A stretch of DNA of 64,000 bases from positions 1-64,000 of the forward strand of contig JAQGDQ010000866.1 of assembly GCA_030141605.1 (NCBI GenBank), in the 5' to 3' direction. Shown here piece after piece: positions 1 to 12,950 of this stretch. How positions within the stretch are numbered: the first letter of the stretch is position 1; the number at the start of each line of letters is the position of its first letter. The stretch is from Tubiluchus corallicola (taxonomy: Eukaryota > Animalia > Priapulida). A program made the translations under genes and the position numbers. The notes below the pieces were generated by a model. It was not told the DNA's origin, made no database searches, and saw nothing but the letters and a program-made list of their open reading frames with translations.

Positions 1-1029
1 ATATATGTATATATATGTATATATGTACACATATTATATATAATGGAATTCTGTGATGCTGCGAGCGTACAGAAGGTGCCAGGTTGTTTACTTAGTCTAT
101 AGAATTCAGTTTTCGCTTGTTAAAATCATTATTCTGTTACTTTGCTGGCGTTAACTAGCGAAGATGGATTTTACCAATATTATTGTCGGTAAAAGATTTT
201 CATTGCGTAGTGGGCAACGGGATTCATGAACAAGCAAAAAAGAGAAAAGAAATACGCTCGTTTAACGTTTTGGATTGTTTGTAGTTGATAATAATAGCTG
301 CAGCTGCAAAGCATTTATATTGTAATCAAACCGTTTGACGCCGTTTTTAGTTTCAACAGGAGAGCGCCCAAGAGTGAAGTGATTGCGGCTTTAAACTTAT
401 ACTCAGTGCCCTTGTCACAATTTCATTGCAGAAGCTTTAAAACAACTGTCTTATATATTAAAATAAACTCAACTTCCCGAAAGGCTTGACTTTTCCTTAT
501 TCATAAAAAAACAATTTTTGCTGATAATATTTGAGCAGCACATCGTAAGACGGTGATGGTTTATGGAACAATACATTTTATACTTCCTACTGTTCATATA
601 CCGGAGAATCGTTAAAACCAACTAAAAAAACCAGAGCTTGACCGGATTCAGCTGACCAAGTTAAACAATATTGATTAAATTAGTCTAGTGATATTGATTA
701 TTAATTAATGGGCTCGTTTGAGCTAAGTTCAATGTCATATTTAAATGTGAATTTGTAAGAAAGTTTAAAATACGGCGAAGTGATGAACGCTGTTCAGGGT
801 CGTTACGCAACAAAGAGGTCAATGTGTAACAGCGTTATGTGACAAGAATGCTACATTATGTTATGTAACAAAACGCAAAATTCTTCATTTCTGCCTCCTT
901 AGATAACAATCATTATGGCACGAAAAATGAGTGCGGTCTAGCCGATTATCGGACTATAGCAGTCTGTCTCTGTTCTACATGCGGGTCTGGCCTGTCAGAT
1001 GGTCTGTCTGGCCTTGAGCTTAGAAGTAA

Positions 1030-2664
1030 TGAAGAACTGATCAAAATCAACACATGGATGCGTACAAATAAGTTAACACTATAATAAAACAAAATTTATG
1101 ATCATAAGAAATGAATTTGAAAACAATGAAAACTCCATTATAACAGTATCCGTGCAAGACTGTTTATTAAAACAAGTATCAGACATAAAATATCTGGGAG
1201 TCTACATACATGACACCCTTAATTGGTCAACACACATAAAAATATTAGCTACAAAGTAAGGAAAGTTACAGGTATATATTTAAATTGAGGCATTACTTAA
1301 GCACGGATATCCTAAAAATGTTTTACTTTGCCGTTGTGTACCCACACATTAACTATTGTATCTTGTCGTGGGGCACAGCAAAAAAATCTGTTCTGAAACC
1401 ACTTACAGCAGCACATAACAAAATTATCAAAACAATGACTTTTGCTGGGTTCCGAGATCACGCTACCTCTTCTTATTATGCTTTGCAATTATTAAAAATA
1501 AATGAAATTCATAAGCTTGAGTTAGCGAAATTCATGTTCAACTGTAAAAAGGGCATTCTACCTAAATTATACAACAATTATTTCAGAAAGATTAGTGACG
1601 TTCACCAGTATTCTATACGAGCGCAGCTATCAAACAAAAAAATTTTCAGGAAAGATTTAACACAACAAAAGGTCTACAAACTTTAAAATACAATGGTACA
1701 ATTCTATGGAATACTCTTTCAGATGATCTTAAGCAATCAACTAGTACCTGTCACTTGAGTAAATTATATAAATATCAACTCTTACAAACTTATTACCGAG
1801 ATTAACTAGATACAAGTGTACAGTATTTTGCAACAACTTTTATCCCTTTTGCCCACTATAATAAATTGTCTAACTGCGTGCAAGAGCAATTACTGTTATA
1901 ACAGGTTCAATTAACTTCAATATTTAATTTGTTTATTGTCTAACTCCTGTAGATCAATTTCAAAGTCTGGACTCCAATTGTCAATCTCCTGATGCAGTCA
2001 TACAGGCAATAAAAAGTCGTTTTGTAATTTTTTAATGACTCCATTATACATTCGCTTGTTTATGCACGACTACCTATAACACATAACTTACAATATTGTT
2101 TACAATGTAATTTTTTATTCCGGTTGTTTTTTCCCCGTATGATATGCTTTTTGTTATGTAAATTATAACTTCTGTATGCCTGTGCATGAAAATTAACGCC
2201 CAGTTTAATATACTTCAATATCCTAATATATAGATAAACCTGATTCTCAGTTCTATTATTTACATGATAATTTACTTTTTGACTGTCACAGAATTATGCT
2301 TGTGTCATGAAGTATATTTCACTTGCCATTGTCCTTATGTTTCCGTTGTCAGATTTTTATTTTCAGTTCCTGTTTGACTTTTTTTATTATGCACTTATTA
2401 TTACTGCGTATGAATTTTATTAACATGTTATAAGGATATCAGTTTAATGTCTTTTGTAACAATTAAATCTTTATTATAAGCAGTACTAACAATAATACAC
2501 TGTAGCACAGCGCTTATAAAAATGTTCATCACTAACCAAAGGGCAGCTGATTGGATGACCAATTGGTCTTTCGCTGCCCTTTCTTCACATTTTTTCCAAA
2601 TTAATTGTTTTATAACTGTGCGTGTGTTGCAAAATAAATAAAAAAGATTATGATTATGATTATT
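1030..2664 (+). mobile_element. 5'-truncated, degenerate non-LTR retrotransposon (CR1/L2/Crack-like): ORF2 C-terminus, 3' UTR and tail
   Basis: Broken RT C-terminal motifs (W...NKLTL, KYLGV...LNWSTHI, then ORF 1285-1686 YFAVVYPHINYCILSWG); GC-rich 3' stem-loop agggcagc...gctgccct (2540-2581); AATAAA and (GATTAT)n tail near 2633-2664. Confidence 0.8.
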
Positions 2665-2808
2665 TAGATGTCTGATATGACTAGGGTCCGGTCTGGCTGG
2701 ATTCTAATCTGACTAGGCGTAAGATGCATGAAAGTATCAGCTCCTGCTGTCAGAAAGAGTATGCCCCACCTCCCCTTCTGTAAAGCGTCGTGACATTTAT
2801 TAAGTTAT

Positions 2809-3125
2809 AAAGAGTAAAGGAAAGCTTTTTAAAAATAGTGATTTAAGACCAAACTATTAATTAAATTATTTAATTAATAACTCAAGATTAAATCCTTGAC
2901 GATATAAGATTAATTTACCGCCTTGACTAGAAACGCAGTTAGGGGTGGCATATCACGTGATAATCAGCTAATGTTCGAAAGATTGATGATGTAAAATTTA
3001 TACGCAGAAGCTGAGGGCGCATTACGTAGTTATACAAAAGGGCAGATTAGGAGCTGTCTTGAAGATGGAGTGCTGGTATCACTATCTTCTTATGTATACC
3101 GTGTTTGTGCTTGATGCTTAATCGG
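2809..3125 (+). repeat. Partial, diverged duplicate of the solo-LTR-like element at 3600-4589, including its 5' flank
   Basis: Aligns by eye to 3583-3676 plus 4229-4485 (aagagtaaaggaaagct, gttaggggtggcatatcacgtga, gctgtcttgaaga, tatgtataccgtgttt). Confidence 0.7.
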
Positions 3126-3599
3126 TATAGGTATATACTATATTTTGCAATTGTGTTCCACGTATAATCGCTTGAAATTGCCGTAGCATAGATACTGTAC
3201 GATATTTTGAAAGTGGCATACTTACACTTATGATAGACAGTCATGTTAGGGCGCATTAGATGGCGCCACCTGCATGTACCTTCATAGTCTGGCTTCATGT
3301 AAATTGATCACGGTCACGACGCCCACTACTAGGCGCCTATATTCTAGTCAAACTTACTAGGCAACGCCACCTGTATGGGAGCATGTCTATATATGGAATA
3401 ATTTCGTGTTGCTATAACTGACCATGTTGTGTAAATAAATATTTAATCTTACGTATTTGATCCTATTATAGTAAGTACCACGTGTATAGACAAATACTTA
3501 TCTATACATATATATGTACTAATGAAGTGTTTTGATTGAGGTAGGACCAGCCTTACCGTAGGGAATATTCTTTATTGGGAAGAAAGAGTAAAGGAAAGC

Positions 3600-4196
3600 T
3601 GTTGAAAATAGTTAGTTGAGATCAATCTATTAATTCAATTATTAAATTAATAACCCAAGATTAAATCCTTGACGATGTAAAGAACTAAACTGTGCACCTA
3701 TCTCTATCTGAATCCCGAGCTATCTGTCAGTGCAATGTATAGTGTTAAAGTAAATGAGCTCCATAGGAATAAAACATCTCGGTTACGGCTCTCCTCACAT
3801 AACCTAGCTATTGAGACTGGAAGATGGGCAAGGATAAAAAGAGAAGACAGGCTATGCTCCTGTCCTGGCTTAAACATTCAAACAGAAGAGCATGTTATCT
3901 GTTTTTGTCCACTTAAGAATCACCTTCGTGAAGATAACACTGAACTGAACTTTAACGATCTGCATGAATTTTTCATTGGAAACCTAATGTCATATTGTGA
4001 ATTTGTAAATACCTCTTTAGCGATTTTTGGACAGTAATGATCATGTTATGTAATCAAAAGCGTTTATCGTGAATTTGTAAATAACCCTTGAGCTGTTTTT
4101 GGCCAGTAATGATCATGTTATATGATCAAAAGTCCTTTTTTGTAGTGAACTATGGAATGAATAAAAATATCATGTTCGACTATCTCTTAATCAGTC

Positions 4197-4230
<34 letters not shown>

Positions 4231-4589
4231 TATAAGATTAAATTACCGTCTTGGCTAGAAGCCCAGTTAGGGGTGGCATATCACGTGATGATCAGCTGAT
4301 GTTCGAACGGCGAGTCAGAAGTAAAGACTGTTGATATAACCTTTATGCGCAGAAGCTCAGGGCGCATCAGATAGTTAGACAAAAGCAATTTGAGGCGCGC
4401 ACCTCGGGCAGATTAGCTGTCTTGAAGACGGAGGGCTGGCATTGCTGTCCTCTTATGTATACCGTGTTTATGCTTGATGTTTAATAAACGTGCAGTTTGC
4501 TAAACAAAGTCTTGATAGTTTGCCGTACCCATCGTGGCTGTTCCACACGCAATCTTCACGAGCCACAACCATAAAGACAGTAAACAACA
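3600..4589 (+). mobile_element. Probable solo LTR interrupted by a LINE fragment
   Basis: Termini TGTTG...CAACA; AATAAA at about 4483; flanks gaaagc and ggaagc (5/6 match, TSD-like). Confidence 0.5.
3677..4228 (+). mobile_element. 3' end of a non-LTR retrotransposon (RTE-X-like ORF2 C-terminal Cys/His domain) inserted in the LTR
   Basis: ORF 3735-4037 RLRLSSHNLAIETGRW...RLCSC...EEHVICFCP; duplicated 3' UTR block; AATAAA; (TA)n(GA)n end; absent from the sister copy, which reads cttgacgatataagatt. Confidence 0.75.
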
Positions 4590-6256
4590 GGAAGCAGCTA
4601 TAACCGCCATCATAAGCAGACTTTATTACATGGGAAACAGATATTATTTTATTTAAAGTATATATATATCAATATATTGAGGTTGTAAAGCAATATGAAA
4701 CTTAAGCAAATACATGTGTATAGTGAAGAAGTAAATATTACTCAAGTAAGACTAAGCGGTCCAGGCCCAACCTGACCGGACTGACAAATCAGACGTCAGA
4801 CAGGTGCCACAGACTAGATCAAACTGAGTTGGAAACAGATCCGAACTTGGAACAGAAAAAAGCTCGTCTAGTTCAGTTATTATGCCACATTCAGACGAAG
4901 ACACAACGACTGAAGCCACAGACTAATTCTATGTTAGCGCATTACATAATGTTACATAATGACATAAACATTGTTATAATGATGTGAAAATGTAAAATAA
5001 TGACAGTTTTGTGATTTGTTACATAATGCATCATCTCTTTTATATATAATGTTATATATGGTTGCATAATGAATCTTAACACACACATTTGAAAAACGTT
5101 AAATGTGGCAATTTATAGACAGAGTAATAATATGCACAGAATAGTTTAGTAGGCCAAAAGGCAGAGCAAACAATAACAATTTGGACAAAGTAATTTCTAC
5201 ATTGTAGAATGCTGAATCGAATATTTCTTTAAAGTTATATTATGGTTGAGGTATACCATTCCATTATGCTATCCTGAACATTGGCCATTTATTTGGACTT
5301 GAGGGATTATGATCATTTTATATTAGCGCTACTGCTTAAGGATGAATGATGCGCTTAAACGTATAACATCGAAAGACGTGTTAGTATCTTGAGCAGACTT
5401 ATGGTTCGTTTATACATAAGGCGGGAAACCATTAGTGTTTCCTGCTATCTATTGCTCTATGTTATTTCAAAAGGCGTCGTTTATACATAAAGCGGGAAAC
5501 CGCGTGGCCAAATAATCGCTCGCGAAGTTTTCGTTAGTGAAAAAATCAGTTTTTTTGCCAAATGTTACTTACATTCGGGTTGGGTTACTCCAAGTCAGCC
5601 TACCATGAACCTATGTTTGTATCATTACTCTCATTCTTATTTCACTTTGCAATTTATGCTACCATCCAGCACCAGCCAGGCTCTACTCAAATTGTTTAGG
5701 ATATAATTCATTACTAATGCATTATAATTCTATTCGTTTTGTCTTGTAAATCATAAATTAATTGTAATTAATTAACTGCTTTTTAGTAATTAAGTTATCC
5801 AACTTTCATCCAAATTTTCATATTTGATTAGATTTTACAATCAATACAGTAAGATAGTCGTACCATCTTTTATGCTCCCATTGTCTCTCACTGTCAAAAA
5901 TATTGTCATCGTCAAAAACAGCTTTTAACACCAAACGACCTGAAACTTACTTAACTCACTCGGTTTCTGTTCGTCGCACCTCTTCGGGATTCTTTACTCA
6001 GCGAGTATGAATGACTCAGAACTAAATATTCTGAATTGATGAAAAAAATCTTTAAACAAGATACTTTGTTAATGAAGGAGTGCAACGGGAATCCTAAAGA
6101 GATTTTCACGTACAAGCGCTTGTCACATATTCTGAGATTTCCACGCGTGGACCGTTAGCATATCTGTAATAGTAGCAACATGTCCTATCGGACCCTGACT
6201 GACCGAATCATTTATTTCACCCACTTGTTGAAGCACCTAGGCTTGACTCTAGGATA

Positions 6257-7528
6257 CTAGGATCGAGTCACATTGGAAAGGGGATTCTTTACTTTGCTCT
6301 TGAAAGGATAGGCGGGTGTACACTTCTTTGCCCACCACTCGTTCAACTGCTTTCCAGTGTATGCGTCCCTGCGTTTTAATGGTTGTTCGTGCAACTTTCT
6401 ACACAAATCACACCACTGTGTCGGATAGACAGGCACATGATCCTTAGCACCGTGTAATTCCATCGGATTTGGAAATCGCATAAAAGCTTTATATTTCGTT
6501 TTCCAGGCGAGGTAACTGTAATATTCAGTATCGTTCATGTTTTTTAAATACTCTGCCAGATGCTTTGGTGAAGCAAAATCTTCTATGTTAATGTAAGAAT
6601 GTGGCGGAAGAATGTTGCTGTAGTCAATGCCACCCAAGACAATTGGAACCACGTTGTACATCATTGGACCAAAAACCTTCTCTGTAACATAGTCAACACA
6701 TCTTGCATTCTCAAACGCCAGGTAGAATTTGTAATTTTCTTCGAGCATCTTGTAGCATTTCTGCATGCCACGACACTTAAGAGTACCACACTGTCCGTAC
6801 TTGTCTATTTTGATGTGCTTTCTTAATTCCTTAGCGTAATTTTCTCGCTTGCTGGACGTTCTACAATTAGTGACGAACCAAGCAACAAGTTTCGTTTTGT
6901 TTAATGCAAGGTTTTCGCTCACAAGTGTTTTTTGTTCTGAAGTGTTAAGCGTTTGTGGTACGATTTCACCATAACGTTGAACAATGTCTGAATCTAATCT
7001 ATAAGTCATTGTCCAGTTAAAAATTGTGTCTAAAGACACCAACTTAGTTTGTGTATACACAGGTGATTCCATCAAATAAAACACCCACACTTGGTTGGAA
7101 GGACGATACGTAGGTGTTTTGTCCCACTTGCTTCTTAGATGTACTATAACTGCGTCACTCACATTTAAGAGAGATTTGTCGTTTGTTGTATAGCAATTGG
7201 AATACTCTACTGGACAGTGTTTTAAAAATGGTTTTCTTCCAAAACCAAACATGAAGTCTATACCAACTTTTAATGAATATAATGAATTCCAGTACAAAAT
7301 CAATTTGGTTACATTCGTGCTTCTTAACTTTGAAAATTCTCGTAGTTTTGTCTCATTGATAATAATGCTTGGCTTTGACAATTCTGCAAATGATTGCTTC
7401 ACTCGTTTGCTTGCTAAACTCGCGGTGTTCAGTTGCACAGGACTTGCCACAAATAACGCAAGCACGATTAAACACGCAGCCGTCAGCAGGAAGAGAAATA
7501 GTTTTTTGATACAATCGGAATAACTCAT
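6257..7528 (-). CDS. Alpha-1,3-fucosyltransferase (CAZy GT10), type II membrane protein, single coding exon, 423 aa from the first ATG
   Basis: Motifs YKFYLAFENARCVDYVTEKV, VWVFYLMESP, FNWTMTYRLDSDI, VPIVLG, PPHSYINIEDF; N-terminal TM segment LFLFLLTAACLIVLALFVA; the ORF-track start at 7603 is GTG and the first ATG is at 7528. Confidence 0.93.
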   Translation of the reverse strand: MSYSDCIKKLFLFLLTAACLIVLALFVASPVQLNTASLASKRVKQSFAELSKPSIIINETKLREFSKLRSTNVTKLILYWNSLYSLKVGIDFMFGFGRKPFLKHCPVEYSNCYTTNDKSLLNVSDAVIVHLRSKWDKTPTYRPSNQVWVFYLMESPVYTQTKLVSLDTIFNWTMTYRLDSDIVQRYGEIVPQTLNTSEQKTLVSENLALNKTKLVAWFVTNCRTSSKRENYAKELRKHIKIDKYGQCGTLKCRGMQKCYKMLEENYKFYLAFENARCVDYVTEKVFGPMMYNVVPIVLGGIDYSNILPPHSYINIEDFASPKHLAEYLKNMNDTEYYSYLAWKTKYKAFMRFPNPMELHGAKDHVPVYPTQWCDLCRKLHEQPLKRRDAYTGKQLNEWWAKKCTPAYPFKSKVKNPLSNVTRS

Positions 7529-8328
7529 AACCAGACACTGTAATACACCTTGAAATCCGTAATGACATGATATTGTGAATGAAAATAAGGAAATCCACGA
7601 CACGTTGACGTATGCGCTTCGTACTATAACATATAGCTACAATGTTACTCTGGACTTTGTATTATTTGCTAAGCCTGTGCCATGTTTGAAGGCCGTGTTT
7701 GTCATCGGTACGAATGAGTAAGTAGCACGCCTAAACAAATACTGACAATATAGTTTCACATATAAATTCATGAATTAAAAGTGAATTTTAGGTAAACGTG
7801 GCTGCCATTAGACAGCAGATAGAACCCTTCCTGCAGACCCATTGTCTCATCTTTGTCTATGACTTGCAACATAGGAGTTTTGGTTTCTTCCAAAAAATCA
7901 TTATTCTTGAGAAATTCTTTCTTCCTTAGAAATCCAAATTTAGAATTTTGGCGGGATAGACTACTGTATTATGAAAGAATTTCAATAGTATCCATTAGGG
8001 CCAATATTATATTGAAGATTTGGTCTTATTTTTGCTATGCTTTATTCCATGCTACTGCTTGTGGTATGAGTCATTTTACATAGTATTGCGCTACTGTTGA
8101 AAAAGCCTATCTATTTAAATAGGTTGCTACTAGCCTTGCACATTTTGAACAACGTAAAAATGTGCTTGGCTGGCTGGGATCTTTCAGATACCCTGTCTTT
8201 ATGAGCGGATCCACAATGACTTCAACCATCTAACATATACAATAAGTTCTTTTTTTAAATAAATATTGTCTTTTTTGTCTTTTGTATATAATGTTGAAGT
8301 AAATGATTTTGTGACGCTGGTGTAATTT

Positions 8329-9483
8329 GTTCTCGACAGGAACACACCTGGGCCTGGGGTGCTCCAGCCGTTGTGTTCTCTCGACAGGAACACACCTGGG
8401 CCTGGGGTGCTCCAGCCCTTGTGTGCTCTCGACAGGAACACACCTGGGCCTGGGGTGCTCCAGCCGTTGTGCGCTCTCGACAGGAACACGCTTGGACCTT
8501 GGGTGCTACAGCCGTAGTGTGCTCTCGACAGGGACATACTTGGACTGGGGTGCTCCAGCCCTTGTGTGCTCTCGACAGGAACACACCTGGGCCTGGGGTG
8601 CTCCAGCCGTTGTGTGCTCTTGACAGGGACACACGTGGACCTGGGGTGCTCCAGCCGTTGTGTGCTCTTGACAGGGACACACGTGGACCTGGGGTGCTCC
8701 AGCTGTTGTGTTCTCTCGACAGGAACACACCTGGGCCTGGGGTGCTCCAGCCGTTGTGTGCTCTTGACAGGGACACACCTGGGCCTGGGGTGCTCCAGCC
8801 GTTGTGTGCTCTTGACAGGGACACACCTGGACCTTGGGTGCTACAGTCGTTGTGTGCTCTCGACAGGGACACACCTGGACCTTGGGTGCTCCAGCCGTTG
8901 TGTGCTCTTGACAGGGACACACGTGGACCTGGGGTGCTCCAGCCGTTGTGTGCTCTTGACAGGGACACACCTGGACCTGGGGTGCTCCAGCTGTTATGTT
9001 CTCTCGACAGGAACACACCTGGGCCTGGGGTGCTCCAGCCGTTGTGTGCTCTTGACAGGGACACACCTGGGCCTGGGGTGCTCCAGCCGTTGTGTGCTCT
9101 TGACAGGGACACACCTGGACCTTGGGTGCTACAGTCGTTGTGTGCTCTCGACAGGGACACACCTGGACCTTGGGTGCTACAGTCGTTGTGTGCTCTCGAC
9201 AGGGACACACCTGGACCTTGGGTGCTACAGTCGTAGTGTGCTCTCGACAGGGACATACTTGGACTGGGGTGCTCCAGCCCTTGTGTGCTTTCGACAGGGG
9301 CACACCTGGATCTGGGGTACTCCAGCCGTTGTGTGCTCTTGACAGGGACACACGTGGACTGGGGTGCTCCAGCCCTTGTGTGTTCTCGACAGGGATATAC
9401 CTGAACATAGGGTGTTCCAGCCGTTGTGTGCTCTCGACAGGGATAAACCTGGACCTAGGGTGCTCCAGCTGTTGTGTGCTCAC
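8329..9483. repeat. GC-rich minisatellite, 48-bp unit, about 24 copies
   Basis: Unit ggggtgctccagccgttgtgtgctcttgacagggacacacctgggcct; 16-aa periodicity in the overlapping ORFs. Confidence 0.95.
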
Positions 9484-10483
9484 GAGGGGTCCTGGGGGCC
9501 CAGGAAAGGCCATTTCACATTTCACACAGGTCAGGCAGCCCAAGTTCCCAGGCGTGATACTAAAAACAGATGGTGGGAATAGTAGATTTTAGTCTTGAGT
9601 GCCTTCATAATGAGTTAGACAGTCTTAACTACGTCTTAATTAGGGTTAGCCCCTTAATTACAAATGTGGTAATTACAAAGCGGTAAAGCCTATCTGCAGT
9701 CGAGTTACATTTGGTGGCAAGTGATAATTGTGGCTGTAGCTATCGGTGCTTCCTAAATATATAATTTACTTACGCATTACTTACTACCTTCATAGTTAAC
9801 GACATTTAGTTGTGCCACCTATCGCACGCAACGTGTACCACATTAGATTCCAAAAGACGAACCACTGTCACCATGATAATATTACCTGTAAAATAGTTTT
9901 CATGTATTATATTATTTGCATCATTCGATTTGGTAATTTTTTTTATACAAATCACTCCAAACAGGGTCAAATACACGTCCTGTAAAAATAAGAACAGCGA
10001 ATCGCCCAAAAGCTGATAGTACAGTAAGAAAGTGTTTATTTACCTTTCTTTAACTAATAGTTTTGGCGATGGCAATAAACTTATTGACATACCAAGTCAG
10101 TTTATAAGACTACGCACATAAAGCTATAGACAGTATTACACAGTGTTCCAAACAAGAATTTCTCGAAATGGAACCTGTAACTAACTCGTACTTGCGCGTT
10201 CTGGTGGAGATAATAAAAAAGAAGTACTAAAGACTTCCTTTGAGACATCTACGAAATGCTTCACGAATGTTTTTCGTACGTTTTGCGAAAAAAGAAGGGC
10301 GAAAAAACGCTCATTTTGACAGCCTATGCCCGCCTTCTCCGTAATGTTTTGTGTACATCTGCTGGGCAGTTTGGGCGTAGTTAAACAAACTATGTTGAAA
10401 CATCAGCTTCTTGGCAAAGGTATAAAGAACTGAAATAATTATCCCTTACGGGTCACCCTAGCACTAAACTCATATTTTGCTGA

Positions 10484-10600
10484 GTGTGCCGTTTTTTCCT
10501 GTTCCATTTTTCCTGTGCCGTGTTTGCCTGTGCCATTTTTACCCATTTTTTTGTTTGCGCCGTTTCTTCCTGTGCCGTTTTTACCCGTGCCATTTCACCC
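10484..10600. repeat. Short degenerate tandem repeat (about 15 bp, tgtgcc(g/a)ttttt(c/a)c), probably transposon subterminal repeats
   Basis: About 7 visible copies. Confidence 0.6.
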
Positions 10601-12415
10601 ACATTTGCACAAAAGTGCACAAGACTGCGCAACGTAACAGGTGCAAATCTCTGAACTCAGTCAACTCTGAACTACAATAATTCTTACATCTCTCTGCATT
10701 TTAAACGTCATCAACCGATCCTAGGAAAATTTTTAGGCCATGTTTAAACAACTAAGCAAAGAAACAGCAGTAGTGGTAAAATACGCAGATAGGATGTCGT
10801 AAAGTCGGGCATGATGTTTACTCGGGGTAAGATCAGGGGATCGAACTATCCTATAGGCTAGTATAGGCTGCAATTTACGGCCTCTCAAGCCTGAGGGTCC
10901 CTCAAACATTGGTAACATTTGGTAAAACATTTGTTTTTTTTCTTATTATGATTGTGTTATAATGTACGCTAATTTGCTTTGCAATAAATAGTAGAACAGT
11001 GGTATTTGTTAAAGAATGTTTTTATTGGTAAACAAAATAAGCTATTATAGTTTATTTAAAGAATTTGCAAGAACTTTAGTTCAATCTATGTAAATGCCGC
11101 TAAAATATATCACGAGTAAAAAATATTCAAGACAGGTGAAGGCGAGTTAGGGGGTGCCTCGACCTGAGAAGACAATTAATTTCGTTAACCTAAGGTCTTC
11201 AAAAGGTCGCAGTTTGACCCTGGGTAAGAAGAATACCATTGTTTTTCTGTGCACAGCTTTTATGTTGTGCATGTAACATGGCGCCTGTTGCGCTTGATAA
11301 CAACTTAAGAACTCTACTTAATTTTTTAAAAAATTGCGAAACTTTAATTAAATTTCTGCACTAATGTCTAGCATTGTATACAAAAATCAGTATGTATTGC
11401 TGGCAAGTTCATATGTCTTTTTGTGTTGATTTATATATGTCCGGGTGGCAGTTCTGTCTCGACAGTCTGTGATTGCTTAGTTTGGGGCAAATGCTTAAAG
11501 CTATTGAAAATATTAAACATTTGTTTGCTCGATTGCCCTTTGCGTGTTGTTTGTAGAGAGGAACTCGAAGAACGACTAGCAAACCTAAACCAAACAAACG
11601 CATTACATTTAAATATAAGTAACTTTGAACAATTAAAATTTTCAGTTTATCTTTCTGGTAGTACTTTACTGAGTTATGACAACATCAACGTATTTGACCT
11701 GGTACAGCGACATAATGGCTAGTTTAAACTTTTTAATTAACAATTGATGTAGTTGTTTATATTTTGTGATAGACCTTGTTTTCCTGCTAAACTGCGCTCC
11801 TGTAAATTTTGCAGCCTCAGGCAACTTGATCAGAATTTATTTGCTGTTTGCTGCTATTTCAAATAAATATGCTTATAAATATTTTTGTATATTTCATATG
11901 ACTGAGTACATAGAAGATTAATCATTACGGGCAAGTGACAGCCAAATTTAGCCCAATGAATAACTAAAATAATCTGTGTAGAAATCTCTTCTATTTTGCA
12001 AGTAACTTTTGATAAAATTAAGGAATGCATTGTTCAATTAGTTTGATTTATCGAGCAATAGTGTGGTTTAAACTGCCAAATGCTGTATTTAGATTCAAAA
12101 ATGCTATTACGATGTATTTGTCGTCTAAATTTCATCTCCAATGTTTTTTCTGGAACCGAATTTGTGACTCGATAATAAAATACTGGTGTATTGTATTGAT
12201 GTATGTCGTGATTTTGTTGTCTCAAAAATTCTGCTAAAACCACTAATGATAGAGATTGGGCATTCTTTTAATGGGTCACAGGTGTCGCCTTTTTTATGAA
12301 TTGGTGTTACGTTAGCTTTTTAGTGTTAATTTATGTTAGTGTTACGTTATCTTAGTGTTACGTAAGTGTAACATATTTGTGTTACGTTAGCCTTTTTACT
12401 AATATCTGGGATCTC

Positions 12416-12950
12416 TTATTTCATTTTAATTTGGTTGGTTATGTGGGCTAAATGTTGTGTTATTATGAAAGTGCATCGAATATTTATAAGTGTTTTAATT
12501 TGGTCGTCTGAAAGACCACTTCCTTTGTTCGGATTGCGTTTGTCGATGATTTTAATAATGTCAAAATTTGTAATGTTCGAAAAGCAGAAGATACTGTCAG
12601 AGTGCGGGGAATTAGTCAGCTGCCTTTTTATTAGGTCATCCATTATTAAAGTAAAATTAAAGTTTCCAAGATTTATAAATGTACTATTTAAAACAGTGGA
12701 TATATCTTCTAAGTTTTTCACACGCAATTGTTGATCATTATTTCGTCTATGTTTGCCTGGGAGTTTTTGAATTTGTGCATAACAGTGCTGGAAACTTTTC
12801 ACTTTTGTTTAGTTGTAGCTGGAATAAATAATGTGTAGAATAAATAACATTCATTTTCTAAAGCTTTTGTCGTATCTAATTGTATGTTGCTCCGACGCAA
12901 ACGAGACAAGTTTTATAATACGTTTCTTTGGATTTAATTTTATCTATTTA
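12416..12950 (-). mobile_element. Degenerate LINE ORF2 fragment (region between endonuclease and RT)
   Basis: Minus ORF ...LNSTFINLG...IIKIIDKRNPNKGSGLSD...ITQHLAHITN resembles the CR1/L2 segment upstream of RT. Confidence 0.6.

Noticed and set aside
7529-7603. N-terminal extension of the fucosyltransferase in the ORF track
   Set aside because: It starts at GTG; the ATG at 7528 gives the typical short cytoplasmic tail plus TM segment
8199-9592. Overlapping mucin-like or Cys-rich ORFs
   Set aside because: Translations of the 48-bp minisatellite on both strands, with no unique coding flanks
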